From an uncultured virus (IMG/VR IMGVR_UViG_3300025389_000012) (taxonomy: Duplodnaviria > Heunggongvirae > Uroviricota > Caudoviricetes): 64,000 nucleotides of DNA. Shown here piece by piece: positions 1 to 10,176 of the stretch. The notes beneath the pieces are model-generated. The model worked only from the letters and a program-made list of their open reading frames with translations, was not told where the DNA came from and ran no database searches. The DNA lies in IMG/VR virus record IMGVR_UViG_3300025389_000012. One strand, 5' to 3'. Both the position numbers and the translations under genes were made by a program. Each line of letters starts with the position of its first letter. Positions within the stretch are counted from its first letter, which is position 1.

Positions 1-2238
1 TTGAATAGCTTCTGCATCTAAATCATGTACGTTGCGTATTCCAGCACTTTTCATATATTCTATAGCAGATTGTTTTACTTCTTTTACTGGATCCCAACCT
101 TCTGAAACTTCACTTTCAGCCATACCATCTTTATCAGCAATTGCTAATGCTGTATTAGCCGCATTGTTACCCTTAGTTGCATTCATTGAGTTTGCTGAAC
201 CATTGTCTGGTGGATTATCTTCTGCAACTTTGTACATCATTTGATCTTCTGATTCAACTTCATCGACCATTTCTTTTTCGCAACCGCATGATTCATAAGC
301 CATGCCACATTCGTTACATGCTTCTTCATCAGTACTTTCTTCGTCAGCATAGTCTTCTGAACCAGCATGTGAATGTCCATGATCATCGCCACCTGACATT
401 TTTCTCATTAATGCCATCATACCTTCATGGTCATCAACTACGTCAATCTTTGGCATTGCTGGTTCTAATTCAACAGCGTGTTCACCGGGAACAGTTGCTG
501 GTAAATGTTCGCCATGCTCATCGCCAAACAAACCTAAACCTGCTTGCTTTATGAAAGCAAGTACTTGATCTGCTTCGCTGTCACTTGCATTGATGCTTAC
601 TGAATCAGGTGATCCTTGTTGACCTTTACTTACTGAAACTGTTAAGCCTTCGTTAATTGTTTCTGTACTTTCGTTTAATAGGTTGCTTAACTCTTTGTCC
701 CATGATTCAAATGCATATTCGTCAATCTTGCTATCATAGTTTGAGTTATCTGTAAATGTTTTTCCACCTACTGTGAACTTACCACCTTTTGGTGTCTTAG
801 CAAGCGCACCTGTAAATGCATTGCCTTCTTCGACATCGTGGTGCTTTAATTCACGAATAACATTGTTTACCCAAGCACTTACGTCACTGGTACCGATTTC
901 GTCTAAGCCACTTAAGTGACCACAGCAATTTTCAACTGCTGCCATGACTTTTTCTGGGCCATGTTTTGCTAACAAGTTTGGATGTTGTCTAATGATACGA
1001 TTGATAACTGCACTCTTAGCGGCTTCGCTTGAATCATCATGGTCTTCAGTCATACCACCTGCCATTGCTTGACTTGCCATTCCTGGAGTTGTTGCCGCTG
1101 GTTGCATGCCTTCTGTTTCCATCATACCTGCACTACTCATGCCATAACACTCATCTAGACCTTCTTTGTAGCCTTGATGATAAGCCATGCACTCGTCCAT
1201 GTCTTCATAGTTCTTACCACAATGTGGATGGCCTTTTAATCCATGTGCTTTACCTTCTAGTCTTGCTGCCATGACTTTGTGATTAGCACTTTCTTTAACT
1301 GCTTTTTTCTTTTTATCAGCGGCAGCTTTTTTCATTGATTCTTTTTTGTCGCCATCTTTGTCTAAGTCAATGTAATCTGGTTTTGCTTTTTTGCTTTCAA
1401 AAGCATTTGGATTACGACCAGCGCCTAAGTTTGCGCCTTCTGTGTCAATACCTTGAGTTGAAGCAATATCTGCTTCATCTACTTTACCCCAACCGCTCTT
1501 AGCACGAATAGCAAATGCTAATTCTTTCATCTTAGTAAAAGCAGGTGAACCCTTCTTGTGTGGGCCGCTTGCCTTTAACTTGTTATACTGTGATGTTAAT
1601 TCTGCTTTGGTTTTACCCTTGAACATACCCTTCTTTGCAGGGTTTAGTTTAACACCGCCTTCGATTTTTTCATCTAAATTATCTTCAGCCATTGCTTGTG
1701 TTCCTTGTTGATTTTGATTTGATTGTGCAACGCCAGGAGTTGAACCACCAGTTGTAGCAGGTGAAGTTTGACCTGTTGTAACTACACTAATCTTTTTCTG
1801 TTGTGCCAAGTTATCAAGTGTAGGGCCTAATGTGTTTTTTAAGTTAGGATCGTTGATAGTAACAATGCCTGCGCCTGCTGGTTTATTGCTACCTTGTTGC
1901 ATTACAGGAACTGGAGTTGGTGCTTCGTTAAGAAGATTTTTCTCAACATTTTCAATCCAATCTTTCAATGTATGCTTTTTAGAAACTGTACCTACTTCTT
2001 TCTTTGGCTTTTTGCCACCCATTGCTTTACTTAAAGCACTGGTATCAAATTTTGTTTCTTCGCTGTCTTTTGCAGGACGACCACGACCACGCTTTGCGAC
2101 TGGCTCTTTCTTTTCTTCGCCTTCTTCATCAGTATCATACTCTTTACCATACTTACCAGTGTGCTTAACACCAGTTTTAGTTTTTTCAGTAGCCTCTGAT
2201 AACTGGCTTATTTTTTCTAACATGTCTTTAAAATTCAT
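1..2238 (-). CDS. Large acidic/low-complexity putative internal head (prohead core-like) polyprotein, 3' end outside window
   Basis: Not in the ORF track because it runs off the window. Manual reading from ATG at 2238 (MNFKDMLEKISQLSEA...) stays open to position 1. Contains many [ILV]-x-E sites, an AT-hook KRGRGRP (2074-2094) and a DLDKDGDKKE motif. Confidence 0.7.
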   Translation of the reverse strand, partial: MNFKDMLEKISQLSEATEKTKTGVKHTGKYGKEYDTDEEGEEKKEPVAKRGRGRPAKDSEETKFDTSALSKAMGGKKPKKEVGTVSKKHTLKDWIENVEKNLLNEAPTPVPVMQQGSNKPAGAGIVTINDPNLKNTLGPTLDNLAQQKKISVVTTGQTSPATTGGSTPGVAQSNQNQQGTQAMAEDNLDEKIEGGVKLNPAKKGMFKGKTKAELTSQYNKLKASGPHKKGSPAFTKMKELAFAIRAKSGWGKVDEADIASTQGIDTEGANLGAGRNPNAFESKKAKPDYIDLDKDGDKKESMKKAAADKKKKAVKESANHKVMAARLEGKAHGLKGHPHCGKNYEDMDECMAYHQGYKEGLDECYGMSSAGMMETEGMQPAATTPGMASQAMAGGMTEDHDDSSEAAKSAVINRIIRQHPNLLAKHGPEKVMAAVENCCGHLSGLDEIGTSDVSAWVNNVIRELKHHDVEEGNAFTGALAKTPKGGKFTVGGKTFTDNSNYDSKIDEYAFESWDKELSNLLNESTETINEGLTVSVSKGQQGSPDSVSINASDSEADQVLAFIKQAGLGLFGDEHGEHLPATVPGEHAVELEPAMPKIDVVDDHEGMMALMRKMSGGDDHGHSHAGSEDYADEESTDEEACNECGMAYESCGCEKEMVDEVESEDQMMYKVAEDNPPDNGSANSMNATKGNNAANTALAIADKDGMAESEVSEGWDPVKEVKQSAIEYMKSAGIRNVHDLDAEAIQ

Positions 2239-2258
2239 AATGTGTCGTCCTTAATTAA

Positions 2259-2879
2259 TTAAACCATTGCACCAGTCTTTGGTTTAGGTGGCATTTTAAT
2301 TTTAGTCATAGGACTCATGTCACCTAACTTCTTATCATCTAAGTATGGCTTGAATGGATCAAATGCATCTGGAGTTTTCTTTCCATCATATTGATAATCA
2401 ATTTTTGATCCTTTTGCTTGATCCTTGATACTGTCTAAGTATGAACCAGCATATGCTTTACTTGCTGCCTTAGCACCTGCTTCTGTTTCCTCTTCGTGAG
2501 TTAACACAGGGCTGTTTTTCATTTGATTGGCGTATTGTTCTGATTCGCTATTGATGCTGTCATCGTACTTGCTATTTACCATGCGAACCATATTGACATT
2601 GTATCCTAGCAATTGTGCAATTTGTTGAATCATTGGTTCTGTTGCAGGATAACGGAATTTTGCTTTAATGATAGTAACAGGTTCATTATGAATATCAGGG
2701 AACCCATATGGGTCTTTTTGAATTGGCGTGCTTGTTGGTGCAGAGATTTCAACAGGGTCAAACTTATTCAAGTTATACTTGAACATATCTAACCAGTTCT
2801 TATCAATCTCACCGGCAATTTTAATAGTGTAATCATATGTATGTACACTTTCGACAATGTATTGTTTGAGGCTCTTCAT
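2259..2879 (-). CDS. Hypothetical virion/head protein with capsid-targeting-like N-terminus
   Basis: 206-aa ORF starting MKSLKQYIVES; late TAAATA promoter at 2900-2905. Confidence 0.6.
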   Translation of the reverse strand: MKSLKQYIVESVHTYDYTIKIAGEIDKNWLDMFKYNLNKFDPVEISAPTSTPIQKDPYGFPDIHNEPVTIIKAKFRYPATEPMIQQIAQLLGYNVNMVRMVNSKYDDSINSESEQYANQMKNSPVLTHEEETEAGAKAASKAYAGSYLDSIKDQAKGSKIDYQYDGKKTPDAFDPFKPYLDDKKLGDMSPMTKIKMPPKPKTGAMV

Positions 2880-2905
2880 AATTTATTTCCCGTATACTAT
2901 ATTTA

Positions 2906-3388
2906 TCATTTAGTCTCAGTTTTTGCGCTGAGAACTCTGAGCAATTCGTTGCGATCTAATGACTTACCCTCACCTAATGGGGTGTTTTCGATCTCTTCTG
3001 ACTTAGCAGCCTGACGTTGATCCAACGCCGCTTTCTTCAACTGTAAGTCAATCATCTTTAACTTTTTATTTAGTTTAGCAGTTTTTGCTGTAATTGCATG
3101 ACCTAATAAATTACTAGCAACACCAAAGATTTCACTACTAAATCTACTGTCTACTTGCATTCCCAAATCCATCAAGTCTTTATAACTACTTGTTGCTAGG
3201 TTTGCCAACTCATCCATTTCAGTATCAGCGGCTTCTAGTCCTCTGACTTGCGGTAATGCTGTTTCAATCTTTTCTAAATTACTAAGTGCTTCTGTAGTAA
3301 CTTCCTGTGCAATTTCAGGAATGGGCATAGTGAGTTCATTTTTCTCACTTTCAGTCATGTCAAATAATTCTTCAAGTTTACGTGTCAT
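2906..3388 (-). CDS. Probable terminase small subunit (gp16-like)
   Basis: 160-aa helical protein with a basic coiled C-terminal part, next to the gp4-like gene and under a late promoter. Assignment is from size, composition and context only. Confidence 0.45.
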   Translation of the reverse strand: MTRKLEELFDMTESEKNELTMPIPEIAQEVTTEALSNLEKIETALPQVRGLEAADTEMDELANLATSSYKDLMDLGMQVDSRFSSEIFGVASNLLGHAITAKTAKLNKKLKMIDLQLKKAALDQRQAAKSEEIENTPLGEGKSLDRNELLRVLSAKTETK

Positions 3389-3546
3389 AGAGTATTTAGT
3401 CTATCTTTATTTGTCAAAATGTAATTTACTTTATCCCATGAAATTCTCAATTTTAATGATATCTGTCTTGTACTCATACCAGTATCATGCAGTACAAACA
3501 CTTTTGGAAATAAGTCTTTGTTCTTTTCTATGTACGTACTAAACAT
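3385..3546 (-). CDS. Small helix-turn-helix protein (53 aa)
   Basis: ATG 1 nt after the gp4 stop; LHDTGMSTRQISLKLRISWDKVNYIL fits an HTH pattern; ATGA overlap with the next gene. Confidence 0.5.
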   Translation of the reverse strand: MFSTYIEKNKDLFPKVFVLHDTGMSTRQISLKLRISWDKVNYILTNKDRLNTL

Positions 3547-3547
3547 T

Positions 3548-3982
3548 TTATGCCTTTCCGTTCCTGAACAAATCGTTCTCAGTGATAACTCTAAAAGTAA
3601 ATCCCTGACTTTGACAATATGCCATTGCGGCTTTCCATTTGGCATGATTGATAGCAACTACCATTCTATCTTTAGCATTTGCTACTTTGCTTTCAATTAA
3701 ACTTTGTTTTTTTGGTTTTATTTCTACAACTTCTGCTATCTTTTTACCGTATTTGTTTTCATACACTACAAAAAAATCTGGGATATAGTTAGTACGTTTT
3801 CCTGTAAAAGGATGAATATAAGGTATTGTCATTGCTTCACTAGCCCAATACAATACGTTCTTGTGTGTGTCGCAAAAGGTCATGAACGTAAGTTCCCAAC
3901 CTGAACGATATCTAGGCTTATGCTTGCCTATATACTTTTGAGGTTGAGTTGGAGTAAAAGTTCCTTGTGCCCATTTAGCCAT
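3548..3982 (-). CDS. Head completion nuclease (T4 gp4-like, TnsA-type PD-(D/E)xK)
   Basis: YRSGWE, WASE, Y-x-PDF, EIKP, N-x-AKW and F-x-x-ITE motifs. Confidence 0.9.
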   Translation of the reverse strand: MAKWAQGTFTPTQPQKYIGKHKPRYRSGWELTFMTFCDTHKNVLYWASEAMTIPYIHPFTGKRTNYIPDFFVVYENKYGKKIAEVVEIKPKKQSLIESKVANAKDRMVVAINHAKWKAAMAYCQSQGFTFRVITENDLFRNGKA

Positions 3983-3983
3983 A

Positions 3984-4358
3984 TCATAACACTACGTTTC
4001 TTTGAACTGCTTGATTGGGTTGAGGAATATTACCAGTACCGTACATGGCTGCTTTGGCTCTGAATGTGTTTAAGTAGTAACACAATAAGTTATTTGCTTG
4101 TAATGTATTATTAGTGCCTTGCAATGCTTCAAGCAATTGCTGTACTGGAATTTTAGTTTGTTGTGAAATACTAAAAAGAAGTGCTGTAAAATTTGCCGCA
4201 ATAGTATTGTTCTGACTAGTACCCTTGAAATAAGAAAATACTAAATCATATTCTGCACCGTTAACATTTAATGTGGTGCTATAGAAGTTATCATAGATTC
4301 TTACAGTCTGTGATATACTATCTCTATCGGTTGTTATTGATGAAAAGGCTTGTTGCAT
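3984..4358 (-). CDS. Hypothetical late protein
   Basis: 124-aa ORF; TAAATA 5 nt before ATG. Confidence 0.6.
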   Translation of the reverse strand: MQQAFSSITTDRDSISQTVRIYDNFYSTTLNVNGAEYDLVFSYFKGTSQNNTIAANFTALLFSISQQTKIPVQQLLEALQGTNNTLQANNLLCYYLNTFRAKAAMYGTGNIPQPNQAVQRNVVL

Positions 4359-4380
4359 AACATTATTTAGTCAAATAATA

Positions 4381-5733
4381 TTATGGTCCTAAGAACTCAG
4401 CGTCACTCGTTGGGTCTAAAAAGTCTGCTTGATTTTGACCAACAGAACTAGGTGTTAAATCTGCGCTGTTATTTTGTTGTCCTGCAAGGGGTTCATTAGT
4501 GATTGGAGTTGGTGCTGTAGCGCCATTGATAACTGGATAGTTTGCAGTACCTGTACCATAAGTACTACCAGTAGACCCCAATGCCGGAATATTAAATGAT
4601 ACGTTTCTAGTACTAGATGCAGATGTTACACCTGCTGTAGCGGCAACTGCACCTGCATTTAGTGCGGCTGAAGGGTCTGGATTAGGTGGAGAATATAAAG
4701 ATGCATACGAAACACCTGCAGTTTGTGCGGCTGCTAATGTGCTTCCTGCAGGTTGTTGTGTTAATGCGCCACCTAGTGAAGGTACTAAACCACCTTGTCC
4801 AAGTGCATATTTGTTTGCACCTGCTGCCATAATAGGACTTGGAGTTGTATCGTAATTTGCAGTTTGACCAAAACCACCAGGAATAATATTGCTTGGATCT
4901 TGACCATCTAAATGACCAAAATCATATGTTACAGTTTCGTAGTCAAAGGTCATTCTATTTTGCATGATACCATTAGTTTCATTATAACTATAATTATCAT
5001 GTGAAAAATTAGTAATTAATGGGTTAATAAATGTATAGGCAGTAAAATTGTGTTGGTTGAATCCAAATACAGTAATACTATCAAAAAACGGAATCTTTTT
5101 TTGTGTGCCATTTGGATAAGTACCATCATAACCCCAACCATTATCTCCACCTATATTATTATCATAAATGTTTCTTTGATTGTAATTAATTGCACCACCG
5201 TTACCACCTCTTGCACCATTGAATTGTGCATTCACATTTAAACTGTCTTGATAGTAATATTGATAATATGCTTGCCACATACCATTAATAGTATCACCAT
5301 TGTCATCATGGAAACTTACTTCAACTGGTTCGTACTTAATTTTTGTTTGTACGATTCTTTTTCTATTGTATTGATTAAGTTGATGTGTAGTAATATTAAA
5401 ACTTGGTAGTTTAATATCTTTAACTAATAGTCCATAACTACTTGTGGGAAGTACATTTGTACCACTGCGGCCGCCATTAAAAAATTGCATTGCCTCGGTA
5501 TTAATTTTAAAATATGTGTGAAATAGATACTTGAATTTAGGAGTATTCTGATAAGAATTAGTCCTAAAGATTTTGCTTGCGTGGGTATAATCACGTAGGT
5601 ATTCACCGAAGTAAGAACCAGTTTGAGTTCTTGGACCAGAGTAGCCTGTACCATTAAGTACAGACCCTCCGACCAAAGATTCAAGTGCGCCTACTGCGGC
5701 GTTTACTAAAAGGTTCTGATTAAACCCTGACAT
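4381..5733 (-). CDS. Tail tube-like baseplate/tube initiator protein (gp54/gp48-like) with low-complexity C-terminal tail
   Basis: Tube-fold signature (VKDIKLPSF...YEPVEVSFHDD...MTFDYE) directly downstream of the tube gene. Confidence 0.65.
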   Translation of the reverse strand: MSGFNQNLLVNAAVGALESLVGGSVLNGTGYSGPRTQTGSYFGEYLRDYTHASKIFRTNSYQNTPKFKYLFHTYFKINTEAMQFFNGGRSGTNVLPTSSYGLLVKDIKLPSFNITTHQLNQYNRKRIVQTKIKYEPVEVSFHDDNGDTINGMWQAYYQYYYQDSLNVNAQFNGARGGNGGAINYNQRNIYDNNIGGDNGWGYDGTYPNGTQKKIPFFDSITVFGFNQHNFTAYTFINPLITNFSHDNYSYNETNGIMQNRMTFDYETVTYDFGHLDGQDPSNIIPGGFGQTANYDTTPSPIMAAGANKYALGQGGLVPSLGGALTQQPAGSTLAAAQTAGVSYASLYSPPNPDPSAALNAGAVAATAGVTSASSTRNVSFNIPALGSTGSTYGTGTANYPVINGATAPTPITNEPLAGQQNNSADLTPSSVGQNQADFLDPTSDAEFLGP

Positions 5734-5745
5734 TTTTACTCAGTA

Positions 5746-6378
5746 TTACTGACCGATACCAGTTACTGATGAACCTGTCTGATTTTGTAGACCAGGTGTA
5801 CCAACACCAGAACCAAGCGGTGCTTGAATTGCGTTATCATAACGTAATGTTAATGCGATTGTTACCGCATCACTTGTACCGTAGTTCAATGTTTGATAGT
5901 TAACCTGTTGGATATAACATCCATACAATTCCCAAGTTTCTAACACAGCAGGAACAGCAGTGCCGTTACCACCATCAAGAATTTGAATGTTAGTTTGGAA
6001 TTTGTAGTCTTGACCAGTAGCCGCTGAAGCCTGCTCAACAAAGTCGAATTGCTTCTGAATTTGTGAACCAACTGCAAGTGAAACTGAACCAGATGCATCA
6101 TCACGAATGTTGATTGCAAGAGTTTGCCATTTTGGTTTACCTGCTAGATACATTGTTGAGTTATATACGTTTAATGTAATATCGTCAAATTGTACTTGCG
6201 GTCTTGCGCAATCGATAACTTGTTTAGTCAAACTTAGACCCTGTGTTGCGCTTGCACCAAAATTTAGAAAGTCAACTCTGAATCTAAATTGTAGTTTAGG
6301 CATCAACAGACCTTGGTTGCCGCCTGATGTATCTCCTGCGACTGTCATGTTGAACAATGATTGTGAGGCTGTTGCCAT
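5746..6378 (-). CDS. Tail tube protein (gp19-like)
   Basis: PKLQFRFRV, AGKPKWQ...IRDD, WELYGC and LTLRYD motifs; follows the sheath gene; strong SD (AGGAG). Confidence 0.9.
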   Translation of the reverse strand: MATASQSLFNMTVAGDTSGGNQGLLMPKLQFRFRVDFLNFGASATQGLSLTKQVIDCARPQVQFDDITLNVYNSTMYLAGKPKWQTLAINIRDDASGSVSLAVGSQIQKQFDFVEQASAATGQDYKFQTNIQILDGGNGTAVPAVLETWELYGCYIQQVNYQTLNYGTSDAVTIALTLRYDNAIQAPLGSGVGTPGLQNQTGSSVTGIGQ

Positions 6379-6397
6379 TTTTTATCTCCTATATATG

Positions 6398-6403
6398 TAT
6401 TTA
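6398..6403 (-). promoter_or_regulatory. Late promoter (GATAAATA) of tail tube gene
   Basis: T4-late-like TAAATA core upstream of SD and ATG. Confidence 0.7.
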
Positions 6404-6408
6404 TCACT

Positions 6409-6436
6409 TAATGATGCCCCTTGCGGGGCATCATTA
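6409..6436 (-). terminator. Hairpin/terminator between sheath and tube genes
   Basis: TAATGATGCCCC-TTGC-GGGGCATCATTA perfect inverted repeat. Confidence 0.75.
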
Positions 6437-6439
6437 TTA

Positions 6440-9400
6440 TTACTTACTGCCACCTTGGCCACCTAATGTACCTGTTGCCAAGATACGTACTGGGATATAG
6501 ATGAACTCGACTGCCTTCACAGGTTCGATTGCAACGTCTACCCAAAGTTCGTTAGCATCAATTGTTGCAGGAGTATTGTTACTGTTATCGCAGACTACCA
6601 AGTAGTCATAGATACCACGTTTCGCTACTAAGTCAACAAGCAATGTTTGAACAACGCCTGAAATCTGACTTCTTGTCAATGCATCATTAGGTTCAAAGAT
6701 GAACGGTCTTGCGGCAACTGCCAAGTTGTATCTTAGATAGCAGATAAGTCTTGCAACGTTAATTCTATCTAATGCAGATTGTGATGCATAACTTGAGATG
6801 TTACCGAAACTTAACAATCCATTACCAGTAAAGAATACTAGTGGGTTGATGTTGTGTGTATACAATACATCTCTGATACCTTGACTTGTCTTGCTTGTTA
6901 CAAAGTTACCTGTTACAGCATCAATATAACCAATGTTAGTTGCGTTATCAATGATACCACGGCGTGTACCTGCTGCCGCTAACCAAGGATAAGCAATTTG
7001 GTCATTTCTTAAGAATGTTCTCAACATCATGTATGATGGGGGAACTGCTACTAAGTTACCTTGCAAGTCGTCAGTAATACCACTTGGATAGAATAGACCC
7101 AAATATGTGTTACGTGTTACGCAACCTTTTACGCTTGTTGATGTAGCACCTGCCGCATTGTTTGCCCATGCCGCAATTGCTGTACCATTAGCAGGTAATG
7201 TCATTGGAGTATCACCAACGATGAATGCTGTGTCACCGCGATCATCATTCAATGTTACCATATCTGGTTGCAATTCGCAATAGTTTGGTGCTGCCATTAA
7301 GTTGAAGAAGTTATCTTCATCTCTGATCGCTTGGTTAGTTGAAATTGTTGCTCTCATAGCAGTAACAACCATGTTACGTTGTGCGGCTGCACCCATGTAA
7401 GGTACGCCTGTTCCTGCATCAGCACCTGATACTGATAACCATGTATCATGATATGTTGGCAAGTCTTGATCAGGGAATCTGTCACTATTGAAATAGTTTG
7501 AACGATACTGTTTAACGTTATAACCTGAACGTCTTGTGTTGAACAACAATGTTCCTACTGGATATAAGTTAGCATCTGGAGCATCTAAGTCTAAGTAGTT
7601 GCTCATTAACAAACTTGCAATTGTTGGGATCGGATCATCAACTGGACTTGTATCACCGTTAGTTGCCCAACGTGCATCAGCAAACACAATACCGTGTGAA
7701 TTTACATGGTCTGTATTATCGATTAATACCCATTGATCAACACTGTTGACTGATTGCCAACGACTGATTAATGGATAATTTACTAGGTCTAATGTGTTAA
7801 CCCAAAGATCACCATAAGCAAGAGCAGTTACGCCATCACTTTGTGTTGTTGGTGGAAGTGCAGAACAGATAGGACCATTTGGATCAGTCATATTTGAACC
7901 AGTTGTTGGGAAACCATTCAAGTCATAGTTACTATTACCATAACCCTTCCAACCTGTTGTTGTATTAACCATGATATCAACTTGGTCAACTACTGAGAAG
8001 AACCAATTTGTAGCATCTGCTGGAGCCGCTACTGGAGCACCAAAACTTGGTGTCATGCTAAACTCTACCCAGTTTGAAATTTGTAGACTGTAAGTTTGAG
8101 CGCCTGTACCAGAAACATATGTTAATCCTGTTACACCGCCACCGCCACTTACTGATACTACTTTAACAACTAAGTCATTTGCTGGGTGATTGCCACCTAA
8201 TACAGCACCACTGAATGTTACTGTGTCACCTACTGCATAGCCTGAACCTGCTGATGCAAAAGTTGATGGTGAAACATTATAAATTGTGTTGTTGTTAATT
8301 ACATTGATTTGTAATCCAGTACCAACACCTGAAGTTGATAACTGAGTTGGTGTGAAAGCAATACCTGTATTGTATTGACTCAAGTTAGTTGTTACGAACG
8401 GACCTGTCTTAACGAAAGGAGTAGTTCCTGCTACGAAACCTGCTGCCGCTAACACACCACTGCTTACGCCTGTTGACAAGTTAACGTCATTCAATACAAT
8501 TGCACCACCTTCTGTATGCTCAAGAACGATAGCACCTGAAGTTGCAACGCTTGCACTTGTGAAAGGAATGCCTGCCGCTGACCATGCTGTTACAAATTGA
8601 GTTGCAGTACATGTACTTGGAATATTAACAGTATAGTATGAACTCAATGAACTTGTACCAGGGATACTTGCTTGTACATAAAGATGTGTAGTACCACTTG
8701 TCCAGTTAAAGTCTGTTACAGTACCTGTTGCAATAGTTGGACCAGTTGCAACACGTTCCCAATAATAGATTGGACCTTGAAGTGCTGGGTATGTGGCTGC
8801 TGGTGCAATATTGAAGTTATATTGTGAATAAACAGTGCCTGCTGGAATTAATGAACCACCTGTTGAATCCAATGATGCATTAACAGCCCAGTCACTTGTT
8901 GCTAAGTTGGCTGTTTTTGATGTCCAACTTAGTGTTGCTGAACTCCATTCACTAATTGCTGGATTGAAACCACTACCAGCAGAACCTACCTTAATCCATA
9001 CTGAACCTGATGGAGCAGGGAACTGCTGACTTGCTTGCCATAATGGCTGTTGAGCAGATGTTCCATAAATGAATTGTGGTTGATAGTAATTGCCTGGATC
9101 AATACCTAAATCATTTAGGATAGTTCCTGAACCTGAAATTGTCAAGTACTTAGGATTTACGCTAGTGCTTCCACCAATTTGTGATGAATAAATGTTTAAT
9201 TTACCACCAACAACATTTGCTGTCAAATAACCTAAACCTAATGCATTGATTTGGCTTGCTAATACAGAAACTACGTTATTTGGTGAAGCCTCTACGGTAA
9301 CCGTTACTGAACCACCACCACTAATATTAAGTGTTAATGTATTACCTGCTGTTAAGGTTGGGCCTGAGTTTGTACCTTGAATTGTTGGCCATGCGTTCAA

Positions 9401-10063
9401 CCATGCTTGTGATCCTACTGCTACCCAAGTATTATTTGGTGCTTTATAGAAATATGTTTGTGCGCTTGATTGATTAGGATCTTCGTAATTTGGAATTGAG
9501 TTAACAGCATATTGACCAATTGAACCAATGCTGTTTAACGGAACACCACCTGATAGTTGTGAAGCATTATCAATAACGATAGGACTAATTGCTTCAAAAG
9601 AACCTGTTGCCGCATTGAATGCATTAATACCCCAAGTTGTTGTAGTTGTATTTAACCAATATGCTCCATCAACAGGGTTACCAGTTGGGCGACCTGTTTG
9701 ACCTACTAAACTTGCTAAGTCAATGTCTGCTCTTAATACATAGCAACTGTTTGTTACACCAAGTGCTGAATATGCAGTCAATAGACCATATTCGTTTAAT
9801 TCATATCCTTGGATAGGAACACCATTTGATGTTGTATAGAAGAATGGAGTACCGTATGTTTGAACAAGATCACGTTGACTTGTAATCAAGTAAAGTTGTC
9901 CAGCATTAGCGGCTGTAGTACCTGGTGCGACACCAGTACCAGTTGGATCTGCTTTATTCGCCGCTGTAGCGATAAGCACGAAAGGGGTTGAGTTTGTTGC
10001 GCCTGGTAGATATTGACTTTGATCAATGATATCTACTTCTACGCCTGGGGATACTAGTGCCAT
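6440..10063 (-). CDS. Tail sheath protein (gp18-like), enlarged
   Basis: N-terminal LVSPGVEV; C-terminal PWLAAAGTRRG, INP, DRINVARL, FIFEPND and IEPVKAVEFIYIP sheath motifs. Confidence 0.95.
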   Translation of the reverse strand: MALVSPGVEVDIIDQSQYLPGATNSTPFVLIATAANKADPTGTGVAPGTTAANAGQLYLITSQRDLVQTYGTPFFYTTSNGVPIQGYELNEYGLLTAYSALGVTNSCYVLRADIDLASLVGQTGRPTGNPVDGAYWLNTTTTTWGINAFNAATGSFEAISPIVIDNASQLSGGVPLNSIGSIGQYAVNSIPNYEDPNQSSAQTYFYKAPNNTWVAVGSQAWLNAWPTIQGTNSGPTLTAGNTLTLNISGGGSVTVTVEASPNNVVSVLASQINALGLGYLTANVVGGKLNIYSSQIGGSTSVNPKYLTISGSGTILNDLGIDPGNYYQPQFIYGTSAQQPLWQASQQFPAPSGSVWIKVGSAGSGFNPAISEWSSATLSWTSKTANLATSDWAVNASLDSTGGSLIPAGTVYSQYNFNIAPAATYPALQGPIYYWERVATGPTIATGTVTDFNWTSGTTHLYVQASIPGTSSLSSYYTVNIPSTCTATQFVTAWSAAGIPFTSASVATSGAIVLEHTEGGAIVLNDVNLSTGVSSGVLAAAGFVAGTTPFVKTGPFVTTNLSQYNTGIAFTPTQLSTSGVGTGLQINVINNNTIYNVSPSTFASAGSGYAVGDTVTFSGAVLGGNHPANDLVVKVVSVSGGGGVTGLTYVSGTGAQTYSLQISNWVEFSMTPSFGAPVAAPADATNWFFSVVDQVDIMVNTTTGWKGYGNSNYDLNGFPTTGSNMTDPNGPICSALPPTTQSDGVTALAYGDLWVNTLDLVNYPLISRWQSVNSVDQWVLIDNTDHVNSHGIVFADARWATNGDTSPVDDPIPTIASLLMSNYLDLDAPDANLYPVGTLLFNTRRSGYNVKQYRSNYFNSDRFPDQDLPTYHDTWLSVSGADAGTGVPYMGAAAQRNMVVTAMRATISTNQAIRDEDNFFNLMAAPNYCELQPDMVTLNDDRGDTAFIVGDTPMTLPANGTAIAAWANNAAGATSTSVKGCVTRNTYLGLFYPSGITDDLQGNLVAVPPSYMMLRTFLRNDQIAYPWLAAAGTRRGIIDNATNIGYIDAVTGNFVTSKTSQGIRDVLYTHNINPLVFFTGNGLLSFGNISSYASQSALDRINVARLICYLRYNLAVAARPFIFEPNDALTRSQISGVVQTLLVDLVAKRGIYDYLVVCDNSNNTPATIDANELWVDVAIEPVKAVEFIYIPVRILATGTLGGQGGSK

Positions 10064-10115
10064 AATAAAATTTCCTTTTGTAAAATTATGAGGTTTACCA
10101 CCTGAGTTGTATTAT

Positions 10116-10172
10116 TATTTAGTATAAATTCAAAAAAACCGTCTGTTAGCGAACCTTCGAAGGTTATAAATA
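10116..10172. promoter_or_regulatory. Back-to-back late promoters (sheath, minus 10116-10121; HNH gene, plus 10167-10172)
   Basis: CTAAATA on the minus strand and TATAAATA on the plus strand. Confidence 0.65.
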
Positions 10173-10176
10173 CAAT

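Noticed and set aside
32..2254. Plus-strand ORFs 32-244, 177-554, 1029-1274 and 1832-2254
   Set aside because: They are antisense shadows of the long minus-strand ORF starting at 2238, with no promoter or SD support.
3547..3657. 90-aa version of the HTH ORF
   Set aside because: The extension overlaps gp4 in another frame; ATG at 3546 is the plausible start.
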